From Candidatus Actinomarina sp. (lineage in GTDB: Bacteria > Actinomycetota > Acidimicrobiia > Actinomarinales > Actinomarinaceae): a stretch of 47,345 nt of DNA. The translations under genes were made by a program, and so were the position numbers. The first letter of the stretch is position 1; the number at the start of each line of letters is the position of its first letter. Location: contig JBJKUD010000024.1 in assembly GCA_045563315.1 (NCBI GenBank), forward strand, positions 1 to 47,345. The letters are read 5' to 3'. The notes under the pieces are model-generated. The model was not told the DNA's origin. It was given only the letters and a program-made list of their open reading frames with translations, and searched no databases. Shown here one piece after another: positions 1 through 7,406 of the stretch.

Positions 1-1
1 C

Positions 2-961
2 TTTCTTGTAAATAGTGGTGCCGAAGCAGTTGAGAATGCTATCAAGATTGCCAGATACGCAACTGGAAAAGAAAAGATAATCGCATTTAAAGGAGGATTT
101 CATGGAAGAACATATCTAGCAATGGGGTTAACAGGTAAGGAGATGCCATATAAAGAAGGATTTGGACCATTTCCAAAATTCATAAGCCATGTTGATTATC
201 CGTATCATTACAGAAATATATCTGATGAACAAGTAATTAAACAAGTTGAAAAAACCCTATCAAAAAAACTTAATCCAAAAGATGTTGCAGCTATAGTTAT
301 CGAAATTCAACTTGGAGAAGGTGGATATATCCCAGCAACTGAAAAATTTTTAAAAGAACTAAGAAAAATTACTAAAAAACATAATATTTTACTAATTTTT
401 GATGAGGTACAAACGGGATTTGGTAGAACTGGAGAAATGTTTGGTGCTAATAAAATCAACGTAGAGCCAGATATGGTCACATTAGCAAAAGGTATTGGAG
501 GAGGATTTCCATTGGCAGCAGTTGTAGGTAGAGCAGAAATTATGGATTCAGTCCATGATGCAGGAATAGGCAGTACCTTTGGGGCTTCGCCAATATCTTG
601 TGCGGCTGCTTTAGGTGTGATTGATGTGTTTGACAAAGATAATCTACTTGAAAAAGTCAATAAACAAAAAGTCATTATGGAAAAATCATTAGAAAATATG
701 AAAGAGAATTTTGAATTTATTGGAGATGTTAGAGGTTATGGGATTATGAAAGGTGTGGAAATTGTAGACAATAAAAATAATAAGAAACCTTCAAAAGAAT
801 TGGCTACAAAAATAATTAACAACTCAAAGAAAAATGGGTTACTTTTGGTAAGTTGTGGAAAAGAAGGGAATGTTATAAGGTTTATGGGACCATTAACAAC
901 TCCTCTAAAGCAAATTAAAGAAGCAATGGAGATGTTTAATCAAGCATTAGAAAAAATTTAA
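2..961 (+). CDS. gabT: 4-aminobutyrate aminotransferase-like class III PLP aminotransferase, 5'-truncated by the window edge
   Basis: Frame is open from base 2 (FLVNSGAEAVENAIKIAR...FHGRT), upstream of the track start at 122; DEVQTGFGRTG and TLAKGIGGGFPL motifs; YKEGFGPF segment typical of GabT. Confidence 0.85.
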   Translation, partial: FLVNSGAEAVENAIKIARYATGKEKIIAFKGGFHGRTYLAMGLTGKEMPYKEGFGPFPKFISHVDYPYHYRNISDEQVIKQVEKTLSKKLNPKDVAAIVIEIQLGEGGYIPATEKFLKELRKITKKHNILLIFDEVQTGFGRTGEMFGANKINVEPDMVTLAKGIGGGFPLAAVVGRAEIMDSVHDAGIGSTFGASPISCAAALGVIDVFDKDNLLEKVNKQKVIMEKSLENMKENFEFIGDVRGYGIMKGVEIVDNKNNKKPSKELATKIINNSKKNGLLLVSCGKEGNVIRFMGPLTTPLKQIKEAMEMFNQALEKI

Positions 962-2031
962 TCGCCTTGATGCGTTAATTTGTGTAATTTATCTAAAGTT
1001 TCCGAATCTTTTGCACTTTTTGCAGGAGCTTTCATTAACCAAGCTGATACTAGATCTAATGATTCCAAGTCATCTGAATCCTTAAAAAACTTCATATATC
1101 TAATTGCGTCAATAACAACTCCCGCACTATTTGGAGAATCCCAAACTTCTAGCTGAACTTCAATGTTTAATGGAACGCCACCAAAAGATTCCCCTTCTAA
1201 ACGTATGAATGCTTTTTTTCTATCCTCAAGCCATTCAACATAATCTGATGGACCAATTCTTACATTTCCAGGCTCCATACCTTTTCCTTTATTTGCTACT
1301 GAAGTAACTGATGATGTTTTACTGGTTCTCTTAGTTTCAAGTCTATCTTCCTCAAGCATGTTCAAAAAGTCCATATTTCCACCAACATTTAATTGATAGG
1401 ATCTTTTTAAATTGACTCCTCGATCAGAAAATAGCTGAGCAAGAACTCTATGAACTATGGTCGCACCAACTTGACTTTTAATATCATCACCGATGAGAGG
1501 AATATTATTATCTTTAAATTTTTTGTACCATGTTTTATCTCTCGCGATAAATACAGGTATGCAATTAATAAAACCAACCTTTGCCTCAATGGCGCAGTCT
1601 GCATAGTACTTAACTGCTTCATCAGAACCAACGGGCAATAAGTTTACAAGAATCTCTGCTTCAGATTCTTGTAACTCTTTAATGATATTTTCAGAATCTT
1701 CAGTGGGTTCAATTATTTCCTTAACAAACTTACCTATTCCATCTAAAACTTTTCCAGGCTTCACTTGAACCCCAAGATTTGGGACTTCTGAAAATTTAGT
1801 TGTATTATTTGGTGATTCAAAAATAGCTTCAGATAAATCTTTCCCAACTTTTGTTGTGTTTATATCAAATGCACATACAACCTCAATGTCAGAGACGTTA
1901 TATCCACCTATAACGTCAGATATTAGACCATTCTCTTCAGAATTATCTTTATAATATTCAAGGCCTTGTACTAATGAACTAGCACAATTGCCTACACCTA
2001 ATATTGCAATTTTTATTTTCTTATCAGCCAT
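958..2031 (-). CDS. ino1: myo-inositol-1-phosphate synthase
   Basis: GVGNCASSLVQG, GDDIKSQVGATIVHR, QLNVGGNMDFLNM, EVWDSPNSAGVVIDA motifs of the actinobacterial/archaeal type. Confidence 0.95.
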   Translation of the reverse strand: MADKKIKIAILGVGNCASSLVQGLEYYKDNSEENGLISDVIGGYNVSDIEVVCAFDINTTKVGKDLSEAIFESPNNTTKFSEVPNLGVQVKPGKVLDGIGKFVKEIIEPTEDSENIIKELQESEAEILVNLLPVGSDEAVKYYADCAIEAKVGFINCIPVFIARDKTWYKKFKDNNIPLIGDDIKSQVGATIVHRVLAQLFSDRGVNLKRSYQLNVGGNMDFLNMLEEDRLETKRTSKTSSVTSVANKGKGMEPGNVRIGPSDYVEWLEDRKKAFIRLEGESFGGVPLNIEVQLEVWDSPNSAGVVIDAIRYMKFFKDSDDLESLDLVSAWLMKAPAKSAKDSETLDKLHKLTHQGD

Positions 2032-2079
2032 TCGTTAACCTTAACTGATATGAGTTTTAACAAAAATGAATAGAGTTAA

Positions 2080-2196
2080 TTAATTACCAAAAATATAGTT
2101 ATACCAACTTGCTGAATTGTATAAAATAGCAACAATAAAATATAAAATAAAAGACAATATACCTACAATTTGTAGAACTTTTAAAAATTTTTCCAC
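2080..2196 (-). CDS. Small single-pass membrane protein, 38 aa (not in ORF track)
   Basis: Hand translation from GTG: MEKFLKVLQIVGILSFILYFIVAILYNSASWYNYIFGN*; one hydrophobic helix; TAATCT -10-like hexamer 6 nt before the GTG; fills an otherwise unusually long gap. Confidence 0.6.
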   Translation of the reverse strand: MEKFLKVLQIVGILSFILYFIVAILYNSASWYNYIFGN

Positions 2197-2248
2197 AGAC
2201 AAAGATTACATGACAATAAAATAAACAATAAATAGTTATGATTTATAT

Positions 2249-3232
2249 ATGATAAAAAACTTATCGCCATCAAGAGCATCTCAGTTTAAAACTTGTCCTA
2301 TGCAATTTAAATATGCAAATGTTTACAAAATAAAAGAACCAACTAATGAAGTTCAAGCTAAAGGAACAACTGTGCATGAAGCATTAGAAAAATTATATGA
2401 CCTACCTCAAGATGAAAGAAATTTAGATAATCTACATAATTTGTTTAGAAAAGTTTGGACTGATGTAAGAAATAATGACGAGCATGTTCACTTATTCGAT
2501 ACTCAGGATAAAGAGAGAGAATGGGGTATCGATGGATTAAAACTTTTATCAAATTATTTCACATTAGAAGATCCTACTAAGTTCGAACCTTTAGAAAGAG
2601 AACGATGGGTAAGAGGTGCTATAGATGATTTAAATCTTCGTGGAATTTTAGATCGAATGGATAAAAATGAAAAAGGTGAGCTAATAATAGTTGATTACAA
2701 ATCTGGGAAGGCTCCAATTGCAAAGTACAAAGAACCTAGATTTTTTGCCTTAAAACTATATGCTCTCTTGATAAAAGATGAGATTGGTGAAACACCAGCA
2801 GAACTTAAACTAATTTATCTACAAAATTCAACAATACATTCCATGAAAGTTGATGATGAAATGTTAGAAAATGCAAGAATTGAAATTCTTGAAATATGGA
2901 AAAACATAAAAGAATCATTTAAGAACAACGATTTTCCAACAATAAAAAATACGCTCTGCGATTGGTGTTATTACAAACCAATATGTCCTGAGTTTAATTC
3001 TGATTCTTCGGACACAGAAGAACTAGAAAAATGTAACAATTCAATTAATGAGATAAATGAAACAATTGAAGCTGTGAACTTGCTAGGTGGGTTAGAAAAT
3101 CTTCCTGAGAATAGCCCTCTTAAAAATACTGATTTAAAAGAAATAAATAAAGAATTAGAAGAACTTGAAAATAAAAAGGATATGATCGTTAAAGAAATTG
3201 AAAATCTTTTACGGAAACAATCCTCTAGTTAA
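2249..3232 (+). CDS. RecB-family PD-(D/E)XK exonuclease (Rv2119/Cas4/AddB-like, predicted Fe-S) with C-terminal coiled-coil extension
   Basis: LSPSRASQFKTCP, GTTVHEALE, LRGILDRMD, IVDYKSG and CDWCYYKPIC; Cys pattern C...CxxCx5C. Confidence 0.9.
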   Translation: MIKNLSPSRASQFKTCPMQFKYANVYKIKEPTNEVQAKGTTVHEALEKLYDLPQDERNLDNLHNLFRKVWTDVRNNDEHVHLFDTQDKEREWGIDGLKLLSNYFTLEDPTKFEPLERERWVRGAIDDLNLRGILDRMDKNEKGELIIVDYKSGKAPIAKYKEPRFFALKLYALLIKDEIGETPAELKLIYLQNSTIHSMKVDDEMLENARIEILEIWKNIKESFKNNDFPTIKNTLCDWCYYKPICPEFNSDSSDTEELEKCNNSINEINETIEAVNLLGGLENLPENSPLKNTDLKEINKELEELENKKDMIVKEIENLLRKQSSS

Positions 3233-4471
3233 TTTAGCAGCTGCAACTTTTTTTATACCTTTAATTAATGCTGCAGTTCTTAAATCTACTTGATTTTTCT
3301 GAGCAATTATCCATATTTCTTCAAATGCAGAAGTTAATACATCAATCAACCGCTCATGTAATTCTTTTTCTTTCCATAAATAATTTTGTGTATTTTGTAC
3401 CCATTCGAAATAGCTAGCTGTGACACCACCAGCGTTTGCAAGAATGTCGGGAATTATGATTACATTATTTTCTTTAAGAATTTTATCAGCACTAAGTGTT
3501 GTTGGAGAATTTGCTCCTTCGACGATTACTTTTGCTTTTATTTTCTGGGCATTATTAGATGTTATTACACCTCCAATTGCTGCAGGAATCAATATATCAC
3601 AATCAAGTTCAAGGATTTCTTCATCTAATTTATCTGCTCCGTCAAACCCTTCTACAGATTTGTTTTTTGCAATGTATTTAAATAGCTCAGGTATATTTAT
3701 TCCGTCTTTGTTATAAATAGCACCACCAAGATCATTTACAGCGATGACTTTAGCCCCTCTCTCGTAGGAATCTAATGCTGCATATCTTCCAACATTTCCA
3801 AAGCCCTGAATGACTATTGTTGAGTTTTTATACTCTTTACTTTGTTTTTCTAATGCTGCATTAGCTATTGCTACAGCACCTCTACCAGTAGCTTCTCTTC
3901 TTGTTATGGATCCACCTAGCGAAGCTGGCTTGCCAGTTACAATACCTGGTTGGGGTGAACCTACAAAATTACTATACGTGTCCATTATCCAAGCCATGGT
4001 TTGTTCATCAGTCCCTAGATCAGGTCCAGGTATATCTTTATCAACACCTATAACAGGTAGTAACTCTGCTGTATATCTTCTTGTTACTCTTTGTTTTTCT
4101 GTACGTGATAATGGGTTAGGATCAATGGCAACACCTCCTTTTGCTCCTCCATAGGGCAGACCTACAATTGCTGACTTCCATGACATTAAAATTGCAAGGG
4201 CGGTAACTTCACCTAAAGTAACATCAGAATCGTACCTAATTCCACCTTTAGTTGGTCCCATTGATAGTACGTGTTGGACGCGAAAACCTACTACTGTTTC
4301 TACTTCATCATATTCATCTCGTCTAAATGGGAATGTTACAGTTAAAGCTCTTTGAGGTAATTTCAATCTTTCTCTAATGTTTGAATCCAAATTAATGAAT
4401 TCGGACACTTCGTCATATTGCTTGATGACTTCTTTATACATATTTGATTCAAATAAATCAGCATTAGTCAT
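3209..4471 (-). CDS. gdhA: Glu/Leu/Phe/Val dehydrogenase, likely glutamate dehydrogenase
   Basis: GPTKGGIRY, LPYGGAKGG, DIPGPD, QGFGNVG, EGANSP, NAGGVTASYFEW. Confidence 0.92.
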   Translation of the reverse strand: MTNADLFESNMYKEVIKQYDEVSEFINLDSNIRERLKLPQRALTVTFPFRRDEYDEVETVVGFRVQHVLSMGPTKGGIRYDSDVTLGEVTALAILMSWKSAIVGLPYGGAKGGVAIDPNPLSRTEKQRVTRRYTAELLPVIGVDKDIPGPDLGTDEQTMAWIMDTYSNFVGSPQPGIVTGKPASLGGSITRREATGRGAVAIANAALEKQSKEYKNSTIVIQGFGNVGRYAALDSYERGAKVIAVNDLGGAIYNKDGINIPELFKYIAKNKSVEGFDGADKLDEEILELDCDILIPAAIGGVITSNNAQKIKAKVIVEGANSPTTLSADKILKENNVIIIPDILANAGGVTASYFEWVQNTQNYLWKEKELHERLIDVLTSAFEEIWIIAQKNQVDLRTAALIKGIKKVAAAKLTRGLFP

Positions 4472-4525
4472 TACATTGCTATATTATTGCCAAACTGTCT
4501 ATAGATCTAGGTATTTAGAATATTT

Positions 4526-4547
4526 TGTCGTACCTATTTTCTATTGT
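4526..4547 (+). promoter_or_regulatory. Putative PafBC-dependent (RecA-NDp-type) DNA-damage promoter
   Basis: TGTCGT(4526-4531)-N10-TATTGT(4542-4547) versus the mycobacterial consensus TGTCGG-N10-TA-N3-T; ATG follows 6 nt after the -10. Confidence 0.55.
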
Positions 4548-4553
4548 GTGTTT

Positions 4554-4670
4554 ATGAAAAAAAACAATTTAGAAGATATTCTTAAATCATGCGGGTTAGA
4601 AGCTATTGTCATATGTAATCAACATTCTGACAATTGTGGATGTCACGAAGATTATAGAAAAGCCGCATAG
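4554..4670 (+). CDS. Small Cys/His-rich peptide, 38 aa
   Basis: MKKNNLEDILKSCGLEAIVICNQHSDNCGCHEDYRKAA; 3' part of track ORF 4377..4670 (whose 5' part overlaps gdh antisense); leaderless -10 spacing; stop lies immediately before the AGGAG RBS of the next gene. Confidence 0.7.
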   Translation: MKKNNLEDILKSCGLEAIVICNQHSDNCGCHEDYRKAA

Positions 4671-4682
4671 TTTAGGAGAAAT

Positions 4683-5246
4683 ATGAGTAATAATTTAGAC
4701 GAGATATTGTCTTTAACAAAAGAGATATCATTTCAAGATAGTGAGGATATAGACATTACTGTCACAGAATATGGTGAAAAATTATCAGAAACTGAAGATA
4801 TTGAATTTTTGTGGGTTGCAAGAAATACTTCAACTACTGTGAAAAATGCCTCATCTAATATCAAAAATTTTAATGATCAAAATATAGCTAACAACATAAA
4901 TCAAAATGGTCCAGTGAGACTTGGAGATGAAGTTTTTGTTTTTAATAAATCTTACAGTTGGAAGGTACACGATTTAAAAAAATTTATTGAATGGGTAATT
5001 GAAAAGTCAAAAGATAACGAGGACCTTGTTGATTCTCTATTAGCGATCATGGGCCAAACATTTGTACCTAAGCTAAAAGGATTAGATGCATTTTCAAATT
5101 CAAGGGATATTAACCCCGAGATGATTCGTGATACTTTTCTCTATAAAGAATGGAAAGAAAAATCAGAGTTGAAAGCAATTAATACAAATAATACTTCAGC
5201 TCCAAAATGGGCAAAAGAATTAGGCCATAAAGAAAGGAAAAAATGA
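4683..5246 (+). CDS. Hypothetical protein, 187 aa
   Basis: AGGAG RBS; ATGA overlap with downstream gene; no confident family; KVHDLKKFIEWV loosely recalls phage proteins encoded beside annealing proteins. Confidence 0.8.
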   Translation: MSNNLDEILSLTKEISFQDSEDIDITVTEYGEKLSETEDIEFLWVARNTSTTVKNASSNIKNFNDQNIANNINQNGPVRLGDEVFVFNKSYSWKVHDLKKFIEWVIEKSKDNEDLVDSLLAIMGQTFVPKLKGLDAFSNSRDINPEMIRDTFLYKEWKEKSELKAINTNNTSAPKWAKELGHKERKK

Positions 5247-5671
5247 ATCAATTATATGAACTATCAAGACAATTTCCGGATGAATGGATAAAGCCGGCGC
5301 CAAAAGGAAAATTTGGTAATTACATACCTCACTCAGTTATAACTCAAAGATTGTTGGAAGTATGTGGACCATTCAATTGGGAAGTTGTGGAACTGATTAG
5401 ACAAGAGAATAGTGGAAAAGTTGTAGGTTGTTTTGGTAAATTAACAACTCTCATCGATGAAAAATCTGTAACTATCACTTCGATTGGGGATGTAGAACAT
5501 GATCAAGGAAGTGATGGCATGAATGCTAAGCATGCTGAATCTGATGCTTTTAAAAGATGTGCTATGAAAGTTGGTTTAGGTTTACATCTTTGGGCTGGCG
5601 AAGAATATTATCTAGATAAAAAACTTAGCGAAGCTGAAGGTAAAAAGAATATTAAGTTACAGTCTGCTTAA
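5243..5671 (+). CDS. Rad52/Rad22-family (Sak/DdrA-like) single-strand annealing protein
   Basis: N-terminal F...YIPHSVITQRLLEVCG and C-terminal KHAESDAFKRCAMKVGLGLHLW match the Rad52/22 K-A-SDAxKR-A-xxGxG signature. Confidence 0.82.
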   Translation: MNQLYELSRQFPDEWIKPAPKGKFGNYIPHSVITQRLLEVCGPFNWEVVELIRQENSGKVVGCFGKLTTLIDEKSVTITSIGDVEHDQGSDGMNAKHAESDAFKRCAMKVGLGLHLWAGEEYYLDKKLSEAEGKKNIKLQSA

Positions 5672-6123
5672 TTAACGATACTTCCATTTTTAGATTGAAT
5701 ATACATCGTTACAGGTCCGTCATTAACGAGAGACACCTCCATTAATGCACCGAAAGAACCTTCTTTAATGTTTAAATAATTTGAGAATTCAGTTTTAACG
5801 TCTTTAATCATTTGTTTTGCTATTTCTGGATCTTCAGAATTTATAAAGGATGGCCTATTGCCTTTAGAAATGTCTCCATTTAATGTGAATTGACTTACAA
5901 GCAATATTTCACCAGAAACATCGATGATTGACTTATTCATTTTTCCATCTTCATCTGCAAAGATTCTAAGATTTAGAATTTTTTTTGTTAATGTTTCAAT
6001 ATCTTTCAATATATCTTCTTTTTCAATACCCCATAAAAGCAATAATCCATGATTAATTTTAGATATCACATTGTTATCAACTTTTACAGAAGCAGATGTA
6101 ACTCTTTGTAAAACAACTTTCAT
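5668..6123 (-). CDS. dtd: D-aminoacyl-tRNA deacylase
   Basis: MKVVLQRVTSASV, LVSQFTL, KGNRPSF, FGALMEVSLVNDGPVT. Confidence 0.96.
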   Translation of the reverse strand: MKVVLQRVTSASVKVDNNVISKINHGLLLLWGIEKEDILKDIETLTKKILNLRIFADEDGKMNKSIIDVSGEILLVSQFTLNGDISKGNRPSFINSEDPEIAKQMIKDVKTEFSNYLNIKEGSFGALMEVSLVNDGPVTMYIQSKNGSIVN

Positions 6124-6142
6124 AATATTCTATGATAATTAT
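6124..6142. promoter_or_regulatory. Putative bidirectional leaderless promoter between dtd and the PPOX gene
   Basis: 19-bp gap; TATGAT (+, 6131-6136) 6 nt before ATG 6143 overlaps TATCAT (-, 6132-6137) 8 nt before ATG 6123. Confidence 0.5.
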
Positions 6143-6562
6143 ATGGGATTAGATAAAAAAACGATTGCAATGGCAAAAGAGCCTAATTACGCCACTCTAA
6201 CTACTCTGTTTAAAAGTGGTGCTCCTCAAACACATGTTATGTGGGTTGATACAGATGGAGACCATATATTAATAAATACAGAAATTCACCGAAGAAAATA
6301 TTTAAATGTAAAAGATGACCCGAGAGTTAATGTTATGATCTGGAAGCGTGATGATGAGTTTAAATTCGTAGAAATTCGAGGTGAAGTGGTTGATGAAATA
6401 ACAGGCGAAGATGCTTTAAAAAATATTAATGATCTGTCACATAAGTATTGGGATAAACCTTACCCATTCGAAATTCAATCTGAAAGAATAGTTTTAAAAA
6501 TAAAAGCTGAGAGAGAATTCTTTTTTAATCTTAAAGATCAAGATTTCGAAGGTTTATCATAA
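6143..6562 (+). CDS. PPOX-class F420-dependent oxidoreductase
   Basis: ATLTTLFKSGAPQTHVMW, KYLNVKDDPRV, VEIRGEV, LSHKY; start moved from 6071 to ATG 6143 to avoid overlap with dtd. Confidence 0.85.
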   Translation: MGLDKKTIAMAKEPNYATLTTLFKSGAPQTHVMWVDTDGDHILINTEIHRRKYLNVKDDPRVNVMIWKRDDEFKFVEIRGEVVDEITGEDALKNINDLSHKYWDKPYPFEIQSERIVLKIKAEREFFFNLKDQDFEGLS

Positions 6563-7404
6563 TTGTAAAAACCCTCTCCTGTCTTAACCCCTAATTTTCC
6601 ATCCTTAACTTTTTCTTCTAGAAATTCTTTGGGTTTATCTTTTGGATTATTGGTCTCATTGTAAATTTTAAGTTTTGAATAATAGCTAATATCTAAGCCT
6701 GAGTAATCAGTTAATTCGAATGGTCCTAAAGGATGATTTAGTCCTTTTTTTATAGCCAAATCAATATCTTTATAATCAGCAATCCCTTCATCGTACAATT
6801 CATAAGCCTCATCCACCAAGGCACCCAGCATCCTATTTACAATAAAGCCTGGCGTTTCTTTTTTTAAAGTTACAACTGTTCTTCCCATCAATTTACTAAG
6901 TTCTTTTGTTCTATTGATTACATCTTTTTTAGTAGATTCAGGGAATGAAATTTCAATGAGATCCATTCTTAATGGAGGATAAAAGAAATGCATATTTATA
7001 AATCTTTCGGGATGTTTACAGTGTTGAGCAATTTCTGATGCAGCGATAAATGAACTATTTGTCGCAAGAACAACATCTTCATCAAGTATGTTAGAAATAG
7101 TTTCAAATATTTCTTTTTTTACATCAAATCTTTCAACAACGGCTTCAATTATAAATGTTTTATCTTTGATAACTGCTTCAAGTGAATCGTGTACTGTAAG
7201 ATTTTTATTAAAATTGTCAAAGCTTTCTTTTTTTATCAAGTCCTTTGAAACTAAATTCTCTATATTCTCTTTTGTAAAAATTAGTTTGTTGTCTAAATAT
7301 TCTTTGTTGTTATCAAAAATACTAGTTTCATGACCAGACATTGCTGACAAAGCAGCAATCTGACTGCCCATTTGTCCTCCACCAATAACAGCAACTTTTT
7401 CCAT
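6538..7404 (-). CDS. 3-hydroxyacyl-CoA / 3-hydroxybutyryl-CoA dehydrogenase
   Basis: VIGGGQMGSQIA, IEAVVE, LATNSS, MHFF, PGFIVNR, HPLGPFEL, GKLGVKTGEGFY. Confidence 0.93.
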   Translation of the reverse strand: MEKVAVIGGGQMGSQIAALSAMSGHETSIFDNNKEYLDNKLIFTKENIENLVSKDLIKKESFDNFNKNLTVHDSLEAVIKDKTFIIEAVVERFDVKKEIFETISNILDEDVVLATNSSFIAASEIAQHCKHPERFINMHFFYPPLRMDLIEISFPESTKKDVINRTKELSKLMGRTVVTLKKETPGFIVNRMLGALVDEAYELYDEGIADYKDIDLAIKKGLNHPLGPFELTDYSGLDISYYSKLKIYNETNNPKDKPKEFLEEKVKDGKLGVKTGEGFYNYDKPSKS

Positions 7405-7406
7405 AA

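Noticed and set aside
2249-3232. Cas4 / CRISPR-Cas locus
   Set aside because: No cas1/cas2 or repeat-spacer array in the window; motifs fit the stand-alone actinobacterial RecB-family nuclease
4554-4670. RiPP precursor (ranthipeptide/lanthipeptide)
   Set aside because: No radical SAM, LanM, YcaO or peptidase/exporter adjacent; the ATP-grasp gene is 10 kb away in another context
4500-4700. tmRNA, suggested by the ssrA-like DYRKAA-stop
   Set aside because: No tRNA-like ends, T-arm or GC-rich structured sequence around it
4554-5671. Intact prophage or integrative element
   Set aside because: No integrase, terminase, structural genes or flanking direct repeats seen; both neighbours are housekeeping genes
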